The translations under genes were made by a program, and so were the position numbers. The notes beneath the pieces were generated by a model. That model was not told where the DNA came from, did no database searches, and saw nothing but the letters and a program-made list of their open reading frames with translations. Below, piece after piece: positions 49,600 to 61,149 of a stretch of 64,000 bases of DNA. Each line of letters starts with the position of its first letter. Positions within the stretch are counted from its first letter, which is position 1. Origin of the DNA: Dicyema japonicum (lineage: Eukaryota > Animalia > Dicyemida); the NCBI GenBank assembly GCA_011109175.1, contig RDEW01000039.1:1-64000 (forward strand), in the 5' to 3' direction.

Positions 49600-50790
49600 T
49601 CCTCTGAGAAATTCAGAGTAACAGACAAGCATTGGGGGACATTATAGAATTGGTATTTATATGGGGGTAGAACCTCATACCCATTCTCATTCACGAGAGA
49701 AAAGATAATAGTACTGTTTTCCACCAAAAAACAAATTCTGAGTATTAAGAACAACGAAACTTTGTTTTAGAAATTCCATGGTTTTCATGTTCTATTGGAA
49801 TCCTGAAAATCGATTTGGGGGAGATCCTTAGTTTAATCATATCAGAAGGAGGAGATACATACATGGACGTGGGTACTGTGATCCCCCAATCAGACTGAAA
49901 TGAGAATATAGGAAACACAAGAGAAGGAATGCAGACAGTGTTCCTCAGTAATTTTTAACTTACCACCAAATTTGTCGAGCAATTGATCTTCCTCAATACA
50001 CTCAAGGAGCTCACTAATACCCGATCCTACGATTCATCAGAAAGTGACCTTTAAGGATATTGACCTTAGCAAGAGTCCTAGAGTTTATTACTTTAGTCAG
50101 CAGTGGGTATATGACTGAGAAGATACTGGGGACTACAAAGTCACAAAAGGACCCACCGTTTATCAAAAATGATTTATACAAAATCTCTGGGTACAAATTA
50201 GAGAATATTGATTGAAGAGCGATGAGGATTGTTATGGCAGGTCCCTGATGACATCGAAACTCAATCCTTGAAGGTCAGAGATCACAATAATCTGCCTTAT
50301 GTCTCTACCATTCTGTTTTGGAGAACAAATGTACTTTAATAGAATCGGTTTTCATTTTTTTGAATATCCCGTCGAGCATTTTGATCTTACATTTGATAAT
50401 ATCAGCAATTGTGATCGATTTGGAAATCCCTAAAGAGAAATCATACCCAAAACCCTTCCAATCACTTTTAAAAACCTGATCGTACCATACTGGGCGAAAT
50501 TCTTTGTCATGTCCACAAAATATGCCTCCAAGGTGCTTCAAGAATACTTCTGGGCAAACAAAGTCGGAGAGATCCTCACATTGCAGAGATTTCATCGTCT
50601 TCTTTGCCTAAAATTAAGCAGATCCATACGTTTCTAAGCATCTTTTCCGCTTCATCTAAGTCCATGTTTCTTGCTTTAAGTTATTGCGGAGATAACCTGC
50701 GAGGAATTTCTTAATGTAATCATCGTCATCTTCCTGAGTTAGCAGGCCATCTAGTCGAACCCTTAGTTGCTTAATATTGTCAGAATTCAT
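49600..50790 (-). CDS. SEC14-like lipid-binding protein (CRAL-TRIO, probable GOLD C-terminus), multi-exon, at least one apparent frameshift
   Basis: DDDYIKKFLA/ARNMDLDEAEKMLR, GGIFCGHDKEFRPVWYD, IIVISDLQGLS, NLYPEILYKSFLIN/VPSIFSVIYPL, DQLLDKFGG; introns 50674-50696, 50608-50629, 50313-50334, 50133-50156, 50027-50048 (22-24 nt); 1-nt deletion near 50244; 3' end approximate. Confidence 0.85.
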
Positions 50791-51339
50791 TAGGTAAGTA
50801 AATCGAGCGTCATTTTGGTATTTGAATTAAATATTTTTAGTAATTTTAAAAATTACTTTTTATTGATTTAAAAAAACAAGACATCCGCCTTTCATAGACT
50901 TTCCGCTTAGAGACAAGCGCAGACGCTTTTTGGAAGAGCGCGGTCTCTCGATGAACACAGGGCTACAATAGCAAGGGTGATCAGAGAAACCTGGATCACC
51001 TAACTAGTTCTGTTATTATTACATTCTTCATGGAATTTGGGTGTGGTTTCTCGATGAACATGACTAAAATAGCAATGGAGATTGGAGAAACCTGGATCAC
51101 GTAAGATTTTAGACTCTATCATTAAAAACTCATCTTTCTAATCCATTTCTCAGATGGGAAAAATTGGACATAATCCTTCCCCTTAGTAACTTAGGTTCAT
51201 GCTAAATGATCTCTATTTTGTGATAATCTCTTATGAAGAAGGCGTAAATGAGAACGGAATGCTAATAAACTTCACTCTATCTTCGACCTCTTAGTTCACA
51301 TAATTGAGGATGCAGGGTTTTCAAGAATACTTTCTATCG

Positions 51340-52445
51340 CATTATTATTATTATAAGCACTTATCGCTATGTCATAGGACTTGACAAAGCATGTGCAACA
51401 CGAGTTAGCAAATCACTGGTTAATTTCATCCACTTCTTCCTATTCAATGCCGCAGCGCGCAACCAGTCAGATCCTCTCCACTTCCGAGATGCCGTCCCAT
51501 TTCTTTGAGGTCCTTGTCGAGAACGACTGCCAGTGTCGTCCTTGGGCGACCACGGAAACGGGGGGCCTCCAACATGAAGTAATCCTCCATGGCTACGTTC
51601 TCGGGGGCATCTAGGTCCAGTCGCAGAATATGGCCGAAAAGCCTCCATCGTGTATCCAGAATCTCATTAGAAATTTCTGAGGTCTTCGTCCTCTTATAAA
51701 GAAAGATTAGATGACATCCTCGTATCACTTCTTTTGAACATCATATGCTGCAGTTGGTCTCTATGAAACGCATTAAGCCTCTTCAGTTCATTTCTTGAGC
51801 AGGCCCAGGTACCAGCGTTATACAGTAGTATGGGTTTCACTAGCGAGTTGTATAATCGAGTTTTTGTTATAATCTCAAGGCTCTTTTTTTAGAACCAGGT
51901 GTTCTTTAATCTGGAAAGGGCAGTTTGTGCTAGGGTTTTCCTTCTCGTAATTTCTTCATGGTCTCCAAGGAGGAGCCAAGCTTTTTGCACTTGCGCCAGA
52001 GCTCCTCCGTCCTTGTTTCTTCCTTCTTGAGTTCAGTTACTCAGTCTTGTCCGGATTTACTGTTAGGAACTATTTAGCTAGTCTTCCAGGTACTTTTTCC
52101 AACATCGGGTGAGAGTATTTTGTCATTTGAAATAAGTTGTACGTCGTCAGCATACTCAATAATATTATCTTTTCACCCAGTGTCGGTTTTGATTCCCGTA
52201 GAGCAGCTTTAAAGTATATGACAAAAAGAATAGGCGATAATGGGTCTCCCTGTGGAGTGCCAACAGTCGTCTCAAATCGGCGCGAGAAGGTTTCCTCGAC
52301 TCTTACAGTGAGCCTAGTATTAGCTAAGAGGGTGGTGGCCATTCTGACAGTGGAAGTGTCTAAAAAACTCCCCAGAATCAGTATTAGCCTCCATCTGTCG
52401 ACAGAGTTAAAGGCCATCGAAATATCGATTCAGAGGATGGTTTTC
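51340..52445 (-). mobile_element. RTE subfamily B, 5'-truncated
   Basis: IDISMAFNSVDR, VGTPQGDPLSPILF, WRLFGHILRL; GCGATAAGTGCT plus (TAA)n tail. Confidence 0.9.
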
Positions 52446-52539
52446 TATCGCATCAATCTGAGAAATTTTCAAAAAAACAGCAAACCATAATTTTAAGAAA
52501 AAAATTAATGAATTAGTTTACTGATTCATTATTTTTTCA

Positions 52540-52800
52540 TATAAAACGATTCACAGTCAACGCTTCAAATTGCTTGGAGATCCTCTTCAATTGCCAATAA
52601 AAGAGTTTCCTCATTCGTAGGTTTTTTTCCATTTTGAAAACATGCTTTCTATTGGGTTCAGATATTTTTATATTCATTTTTTGAAATATTTCACTAGAAA
52701 GTATCGAACAAAAAATATCGCATTCTTATTTACTCTTTCTCTTTTGAAGTCAGATGCTCCGTCAGCAATCTTGATGTTTTTTCACCTCCTTTAGGTTTGT
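52540..52800 (-). mobile_element. Tc1/IS630-type (DDE_3) transposase C-terminal relic
   Basis: NPIESMFSKWK..NEETLLLAIEE..I..VDCESFY. Confidence 0.55.
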
Positions 52801-52860
52801 TAAAAATTTTTCTATATTTTTTGAGCGACATATTCTCGCCTAGATGTTAAAATGGAGTGC

Positions 52861-54103
52861 GGAAAAAAAAGTCAAGTCCGTTAAGCGGAAAAAAAGTCAA
52901 GTTGTCTTTTTTTAGTTTATATCGCATTTTTGTGATACTGCTAGCATCTTTTAATTTTTAAAAATTTTTTCAATACTTGACTTTTTTTCCGCTTGACTTT
53001 TTTTTCCATTTTTGAAAATTTTTCCCTTATAAATTTTCGAAAATTTAGCGCAAAACGGAAAAAAAGTCAAGTCCGTTAACGAAATTACGGACTTGACTTT
53101 TTTTTCCGCTTTGGTATAATCGCTTTGACTAAATCAATTTAAGAATTTCAAGGTAATAATAAAATTGACTTAACTTTTTTCGCTTTGGTTTAATCTTTTT
53201 GACCTTGACTTTTTTCGCTTTGGTTTAATCTTTTTGACTTAATAAATATACGGATTTTAAGGTTATAATTAGGCGTATTTTAAATATTATGCTTGCCGCA
53301 AAAAATAAGAGACAAAATGGAGATAATATCAACTAACAAAGGAGGAAAGAAAAATTTGTTTTAAGGGTTATATGTATACAAAGCACTTCGAAGACAAAAA
53401 ACTATATAATTTTTAAATGTGTAAAAAAATCTTCACAAGGATGCAGAGGAAGCCTAAGAACAGATCATAATTTCGAATTTCCCAAAGAAGGAATTTCTCA
53501 CAATCACGAATTTGACGAAAGTCAAATAAAACTGATGAAATTGTTGCAACGAAGCAAAACTTATTGCTAAAACGAGTCAAGAAAATCCCTTACAAATCTA
53601 TTCAAAGGTTGTGTCTGAATGTGAAACAGCAACCAGAATTATTCTCCCTTCTGCAGATTCTTTCAAGCGAACACTTAGGAATCAACGCTTGTCTCTACAT
53701 ATTCCAAAAAATATTTTCGATCTCGGAGATATTCCATCGTCTTTATCTTTAACTCTTGGTCCAGATTCAGAAAATTTTTTTAATTTATGATAATCATAGA
53801 AGAACCGATTGTCTGGATTTACTGTTAGGAACCATTCGGCTAGTCTTCCAGACACTTCTTCCGTAATTTTTTAACGGACTTGACTTTTTTTCCGTTTTGC
53901 GCTAAATTTCGAAAATTTTATAAGGGAAAAATTTTCAAAAAATGGAAAAAAAAGTCAAGCGGAAAAAAGTCAAGTATTGAAAAAATTTTTAAAAAATTAA
54001 AAGATGCTAGTAGTATCACAAAAATGCGATATAAACTAAAAAAAGACAACTTGACTTTTTTTCCGCTTGACTTTTTTCCGCTTACGGACTTGACTTTTTT
54101 TCC
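52861..54103 (+). mobile_element. Non-autonomous Phantom-type MULE with about 230-bp foldback TIRs and FLYWCH/transposase 5' fragment
   Basis: Arms 52861-53091 and 53860-54103 are reverse complements built from repeated GGAAAAAAAGTCAAG units; interior 53317-53800 reads MEIISTNKGG.K..FKGYMYTK..FKC..C.GSLRT..HNH (FLYWCH) ..LPSADSFKRTL. Confidence 0.8.
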
Positions 54104-54379
54104 TACAACCGTTAAAATTTCTCGGATTGATGTGACAGATTCTCGCCTAGATTCTAAAAATTCTAGCAGTGATGTTAACATTTCCCGGATCGATGTAACG
54201 CACTTCATACTTAGTCTTGAAAAACCGTGTAATCACCAGTTCTGCATAATCACATTGTGTTTTACGAAAAAGTAAATTAGTCGATATTATTCAAGGACAT
54301 ATTCTTAGAAATTTATGTACTTTAATTTTATTAACCTCGCTTAAGTAGAGGAAGAAATCAATACTCAATTACTAATTGA

Positions 54380-54630
54380 GTGCCCTTGAAGTGCTTAATA
54401 ACGTCATGTGGATTGTTAAAGCATTTATCGATGGGATTGTGTTAAATTTAAATAATATTTGCGGTGCTGTGGAGACAACTGGAACTGTAGGCGCGAAGAC
54501 GGAAGCCTTTCTCCACAGCATTGGAAGCAAACTTGCCTCAAAAGGTGCGAGCCACGGGAGGGACTCTGGTTGAGGCAGAACCTCGAAATGGCGATTATCA
54601 GAAATAACGCTTTCACCATTCTGTCGTCCT
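54380..54630 (+). mobile_element. CRE-like C-terminal fragment
   Basis: AVETTGTVGAKTEAFLHSIGSKLA..LRQNLEMAIIRNNA. Confidence 0.65.
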
Positions 54631-55159
54631 AATTATTGTCTAAATTAATTTATTTGTTTTTAATAAAAATTTAATATTTGCGGTTAAGCTATCAAACACT
54701 GACGACCATTAGAAGGGGTCCCATTAAACCAGGTCGTTCCCAGAAAGCCGTCATGTCGTTGGATCAAGAACTTTCTTCTGCACAGGGTTTGTGTCACAGT
54801 TGGTGGATTATTCCAATTTTTGATGCCTCTTGGAAAGTAACGATTCTGAGGCGCTGATTTCAGGAGCTCGGAGGCCCATTATTTTGTTGTCCCTATAGTT
54901 AGCCGTTTGAGCGATCTGCTCTTACAGAAAATTTGTTTTCACTTGAAAAAACTAAATAATGTAAGCTAAAAGACATTAACAGGTTCACATTGTGAGATTT
55001 TTGTATTTATCCACCTACTCTTCTTATCAAAATCCTTTAAGGAACTTTAGATAGCAACCATTGAGCTGACACGAAACTATAGTTCTTAAGAGATTTCGTG
55101 GGATATCAACCTCAACCCTGGGTATCTGAACGGATCCAAATATTATTATGATGAAACAC

Positions 55160-55400
55160 TCACAATAAAAAAGTTATATCCTTCCCATCACTTGTGCCAC
55201 ACCCCGGATGATCTGGTGAGTTAGACTCAACACGCTCTTCTCTAAATTGCGATTTTCCGAGGTTGCCAAGATCATCTGCGTCTTCTAATGCCATTTTAAC
55301 ATGTTTTAGATCGATTTTCATTATTGAGGGGAAAGTTGTTCGCGGCTTCCTTCTAAAAACCCCTGAGCAGACAAAGTATAATTCCATAATATCGTATGCA
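55160..55400 (-). mobile_element. RTE C-terminal relic
   Basis: RRKPRTTFPSIMKIDL..DADDL. Confidence 0.5.
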
Positions 55401-55594
55401 GGGTATTCAAGTGCTTCGATTTACAAAGTGTCAATAGGGACTGTTTTTTTGATAAGTACGATTTTTTTAGACATACGTGCAATCGTGCAATTGACCACCT
55501 CAAAAAAAATTTTCCAAATATAAAATTTATTTTAATTCAATTCTACTATACATGGTTCTACTATACTACTTATCCTGTTGATTTCTCGAATAAA

Positions 55595-56570
55595 TTAATC
55601 AATCGCGTGGCGCCATGTGGTGCTACGAATAGCCTCGTTCTTTATAAAGATTTTTGGTTCGACACAGAGCTGTCTTTTGTAAGTGGTAAACACCGTGACA
55701 GAGGACTTTGTTGCTGATGTGTCGAGTCTCCGCTTCGAGAGCCATAGTTCCAGCTTGTCAAGCATTTGTTGAGCTGATTGAATGCTTCTGTCCTTGGAGG
55801 CAAGAATGATATCGTCGGAATAGGAGAGGAAGCTTTCATTGCAGGTTTGTGGCATGTCGTTTATGTAGAGATTGAAAAGGGCTGGCGATAGTGGGGATCC
55901 TTGAAGAACTCCATTTGGTATGAGACGGATTTTGACTTTATGTTGTAGCAAATCACTTGTCCACGTCTCCCACTTGAGAAGTTGGCAATCCATAGTTTTA
56001 TGTTCGGGTTTGTTATATCAACAGAGACAAAGACTGTTCGTTGGTGTGGTTTAGTGGAATTGAATCCCTCCGCAATGAACTGGCACAGGGACGTTAGGTA
56101 TTTTGCTGTGGAGTGTTTAGCTCAGAATCCATGTTGGAAAAGAGAGTCTTTGATATTTTCAAGAACTAATCTTTCGAGTCGGGAAAGTAAACATAGGATC
56201 GAGATTGGTCTGTAGGAAGAGGGGTCATTTTCGGATTTTCTTGGCTTCAAGATTGGTTTGATGTATGATATCTCTTCCAGACATCTGGAATAATGTTCAT
56301 ATTTATTGAAATTGTGAATATGTAAGCAATTAAATCTAAAGCAAGAAGTCCTAGATGCTGTAGTTCTGTTGTAGAAATATTGTCTGGACCTCGGGCATTG
56401 GAGTTTCGAGCCTTTGATATTGCCCACTGGACGTCCTTCGCCGTAAATATGGTCCACACGTATGATCCTTTTGTTTTTATTCTGTTTAGGAGTACTTGGT
56501 GTTTTTTGGAGTGATTTTTAAGTGCTATGGAAGCATAGTATTTCATTAAGTGTTTGGTTGTAATGAAATC
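55595..56570 (-). mobile_element. Ingi/Vingi-like subfamily B RT fragment
   Basis: ARGPDNIS, SYRPISILC, QHGF, GVLQGSPLSPALFNLYINDMP, SYSDDII. Confidence 0.85.
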
Positions 56571-56629
56571 CCATTTTGCGGTTCATCAAAAGATCCTTTG
56601 ATAGACTTGATTTTGTTCAGACCATTCAT

Positions 56630-59600
56630 TTTATTTTTTATTTATTTTAATAACCCCGGGAACACCGAGAAAGAAAGACAAAAGAGTCAGACAGTTAGGT
56701 GATCCCAGTCCTCGCAATCACTTGTGCCATTCGACGTCTGTGATCTCCATCGTCCCCACTACTTTCCGGAAGAGCCTTCTCTCGGTCTTGCAGAGGAATC
56801 CGATCGGGGAGGGGAATTTCTTATCCAATCGGTTTTCTCTTGCCATGGGAAGGATTAGGCGAAGCGGATTTCCATCTTCCTCACAGAGGCGAAGAAATCC
56901 GGAGCCACGACTACGGATCTTAGCTTCCATGAGTAGTGGGTCGACTGTTGATCCATTACGTGGGAAAGCATACTGATTGTTTTCCGGTATATCGAGTTGA
57001 TTCTTTGGACCAAAGACTCCGATAGCCCGAATCTCCATGCAACGGAGGCATACTCAATGGCAGGCGCGATTGTTTGTTGGTAGAGTGTAGAAACGGAAAA
57101 GTCCATGTTCCTCGTGGTCCTCCGAACAAGGGCGCGTATAACGTTAACTTTCTGGAGGCCCCTGGTGATCATGTCTGTTGCGTGGGAGTTGAATTTGAGA
57201 AGGCTGTCGTACTTGACTCCAAGGACAATGGGGGACTTTGTCACTGGAATCCTAGTGGGACCAATGAAAAGACTCGGTTCATCCTTGGAACGACGGTCCG
57301 ACGTGAATGTGGAACAGATAGACTTGGTTGCAGAAATCGTTAGTCGATTGCCAGCAATCCAATCGTGGAGAATGTTCAATTTTGTCTGAGTTTTAAGAGA
57401 TGCGACTTGCGTCGAGCGGTTCCGTATTGCAATGACTACGTCGTCTGCGTAGGATAATAACAGGGAATCTTCGTCTCCATCATTAGGTAGGTCGTGTAGG
57501 AAAAGGTTGAATAGAATTGGTGAAAGTGGAGACCCCTGGGGTACCCCGTTCGGTAGTAATCGTGATCTAGATCTGAGATCACCACTGACTACTCTTCCAC
57601 GTCTTCCAGACAAAAAGTTGGCCAGCCATAATTTCACATTCGGACGAATATTAGTAGAAAAAATTTTTCCAACCAAGATTTTCCTCGAAACAGTGTCAAA
57701 GGCTTTGTTGATGTCAATAGAAACCAAGATTGTGCGTTTGTGAGGCGGAGGATGGGTGTTAAAACCGTCGGCAATGAACTGCGATAAAGTTGCCAAGTAT
57801 GTAGCGGTGGACCTACCGCGGAGGAAACCATGTTGAAATATAGGACGCGGAAGATACGGAATAATGACTGATAATACAAGTTTCTCCATAATTTTTGACA
57901 GTGTGCTGGTAACGGAAATAGGCCTGTAGGATGCAGGTTCTGTCTCTGGTTTCCCAGCCTTCAATATCGGTCTGATGATAGAATTCTTCCAAATCTTAGG
58001 AATAATATTATAGTTAATGGACAGATTGTATATATGCGTGAGGTAGCCAATTGCGTAGTGGCTTAGGTGTTTTAGGTGAATAGAAGATACTTTGTCAGGC
58101 CCGCACGCCCGTGAGCTCTTTAATCTGGTGATCACATCCAAGACTTGGTCATCTGTGAATAGTTCGTGATAAGGTTCCTTCTTCGGTTTATGGGCACGCA
58201 CCTTAATGTCCAGGTGTTTCGAGAATGGTTTGAAGCTAATTCCAGCGTAATGTTTCATAAGGATGTTAGGATGTAGGTGGCATAAGTGTTCAGGAGAAGA
58301 CTTTCCGGTTCCGTCTGCATCATCCAGCTCCGACTTGACTTGTTTAAGAGTTTTCCAGAAGTGTCGGGATGTACTTTTCCTGTCGAGGTGGTTAACTAGA
58401 TGCTGCCATCTCTTGTCCTTGTGTTCTTTTATGCTCTGACAGATTCTTTTATTCAGTTGTCTGAGGGCTGTCAAAGACTTCATGTCCAACAGATGGCATC
58501 TCTTCAGCCGGTCTCTTTGTTTTATAAGACTTATTGTATAAGAGCTGAGGGTAGGAATAAACTTCTTGTATGACGATATAGGAATAAAAATATGGTCAGC
58601 TTTCTGAATGGCAGCGCTGATAATTTCTGCGGCCTCGTCAATAGAGCGTATTGGGAAGGATAATCTCCCGGCCAAGAATTTATCCACAAGGTTACTGAAA
58701 CCAGACCAGTCAACCTTCGTATAATCCTTGAATCTTTTTGATTCCGCCGACCGTCTCCTGTATCGTCGAAGACCTCTCAATTTTAGAAGGATTGGATTGT
58801 GGTCACTGGAGAAGCCGTAAAAGACGTTCCAGGAAATGAGTCCAGCCAGAGAAGGTGAGCATAATGTTAAGTCGGGGGATGTGCAGCTATCAGTTATCCT
58901 TAATGGGGTCCTCGTATGTGAGTTAGGGTTGTTCAGTATAATCAGGTCAGGAAGATAATTTGCAATGAGTTCTCCTCGGTTATCAGAGGATTGGGAAGTG
59001 AGCCAAACGGGATGTCGTGCATTAAGATCCCCACATAACAGTAGATTTTTCAATGTTGAAATGCGTGATAAATCAGGGGTGTAAGATGACGGACACGATC
59101 CTTGTGGAGGAATATATATATTAGCCAAATGGATCCAAAAGGATGGGAATAACTCGATTTTGACAGTAATCTGCTCCAAAGTCTTGTCGGAGCCAAGAAG
59201 CTCCGAGGTTCGTTGGTTGTATCCATAAAAAGAATATCGTTCTTTATAATAGTAAGTAGTCCTCCTCCGCGTCCTCCCTGACGATCTTTACGGATCACTG
59301 TGTATCCGGGAAAAGAGGGTGTTGGTATGGAGGGAGATAGCTTGGACTCCTGTATTAAAGCGAGGTCAGCCTCATTTTCGCGGAGGAGTGCCCGGAGTTC
59401 AAAGATTTTCTTCCTGATCCCATTCGTATTCAGTTGTATAATTGTAAAACCTCTCCATGGACCAGGATTGGTTTCGACGTCCCCACATAGAAGAATCAAA
59501 AGTCTGGATAAATGGGGACACCAGACAGGGTCGAAGACACAGGGGATGAAAGGACCACCAGACGGTGGGGAGAAGCTGTTGGCTCTTTTCGTTCCATTTT

Positions 59601-59657
59601 GGAATGGGTGACACCGTTTCTGGTGAGCCACATGACACCACGCTAACATTTTTCAAA
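56630..59657 (-). mobile_element. Full-length Ingi/Vingi-like LINE (2A peptide-APE-RT, no RNase H) with 14-bp TSD
   Basis: TSD TTCAGACCATTCAT at 56616-56629 and 59658-59671; ATG 59649; LLILLCGDVETNPGP; APE (IQESK, GDLNA, SDH); RT (GPD, RPIS, IDINKAFD, GVPQGSPLSP, YADD); (TAAA)n-like tail; about 3 frameshifts. Confidence 0.95.
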
Positions 59658-61149
59658 TTCAGACCATTCATAATTAACTTTGGATGGATGGCTGTGATAA
59701 TTAATTATTTATTGGTTTAAAAAAAATTAACTTTAATAGTATTGAGTAATATATTTAAAATCGTCTTTATCTTTGTATGGAATCCTCGCAGAATATTTCC
59801 ACTGATAATCAAATAGCCCCCGACGGATTTCACAATGAAAATGCATCCGTAATCGAACGGGATGTCATTTCTGGACTATTTGAGCTTTTAAAAGTAAATT
59901 TTTGTTTTGAAAAATCTTAATGAATTCTGTTCCACTAATTCTTAGTGCGTAAAATCCTCGGATGAGTATTTATCCGTGGATGGGTCCCAAATAATGATTT
60001 TGAAACTGTCGTTTGTTTTTTGTGGGAGATGTCAGCAAATGAAGTTGCTTCTGTGTTTACTTGAGGATTACTTTCACATTTTCCAAGAAAATGACTTCAA
60101 ATCAGTTTTGGTGTCCTCCATTCGAAATATTCCATCCCAACGAGTGGTGGTACGAGGCTACTTATACTGTAGGAACTTTGCCTCGGAATTCTTTCCAATT
60201 TATCGTTAGACGATAAAATTAGAGAAGATCTCTTCACTGAAGAGCTCAAGTATGCTTACAGTGATTTTAGGACAATAATTAATTCCCTAATCACATGTGA
60301 ATACCCCCACATTCTCAGTCAAGTCTTTAGGTTGTTACATTACTTTCAACCAGACTACTGCACTGTGTTCTATCAAATGAGAACAGTCGCCAGCAGTGGG
60401 GTTGTATCCTCACGTGTGACTTTTTCAACCAACTCTTGTTCATTTTATCGAGTTCTACTTGTGGTAGGGCGACAATATGTTTATATTAGATGATTTGATT
60501 ACTATTACTCTCCACACTTTTGACGTCATCCTGTATAACAGACTCCCCCGTAGTGACATCATCGGTCACCAAGATGACGTCATTTTGGCTCTCTTTTCTT
60601 CCTTCTACCAGGTTGGGTCAGACGATTCAAAGTTATTTGGTTTGATTTTGGACATTTTCGACTCACTAACGGAATTTTATTTCACTGAATCTGTGAGCTG
60701 TTTGTCTTTTGGTAATTTTAGATAAGTTTATCAGTCATTTTTTTAATTTTGTTGAGTTTATTTTCCTGCACAAATGTGATTGTGACTTTCGTATGATGGA
60801 ACAACTCCACGGTGGTCCCAATGGAAACCTTCTGAGACTCGTTGGATTCTTGAGTGAACTGGTAACTAGCAAGAACAGAGGCAAATGTTTATTTGTCGCT
60901 AAAGATGGTTCAAACTTATCTTAATCAGTTAGATGGGGAATTCTTAACCATTCTCAGTAATGTTTTGTCGCGTGTAAGGAAACTCGAATGCGACATTCCT
61001 TCCGAGTTTGAGAACACTTTGGAACTTGTTGTTGACAGCTTTAATTAAATATTTGCTTTAATTAATGTGATGTGAAAGTTTGAATTTTCTGGTCACTGAA
61101 AAAATATTTAATGTAGAGTCTAAGGTTTTCTCTCTGGTTCAACTTTTAA

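Noticed and set aside
50430-50446. 17-nt intron in the SEC14-like gene
   Set aside because: Removing it shifts the frame while read-through stays open; it cannot be called without cDNA
52861-54103. CRISPR-like array of short repeats
   Set aside because: Repeats are irregularly spaced, occur in both orientations, form transposon TIRs, and have no cas genes in a eukaryotic context
15623-59179. Prokaryotic RT systems (retron, DGR, group II intron, defence RT)
   Set aside because: Every RT is fused or linked to an APE or RLE nuclease with simple-repeat tails or TSDs, i.e. eukaryotic non-LTR retrotransposons
60520-60590. TGACGTCA (CRE/ATF) sites as regulatory elements (also near 1160 and 9008)
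   Set aside because: 8-mers inside or next to TE relics with no linked promoter; not supportable
59950-61000. Ulp1-like protease or hAT transposase words (ECGVFTC; TTRWDGIFRM) on the minus strand
   Set aside because: Isolated short motifs amid many stops; not enough to assign a family
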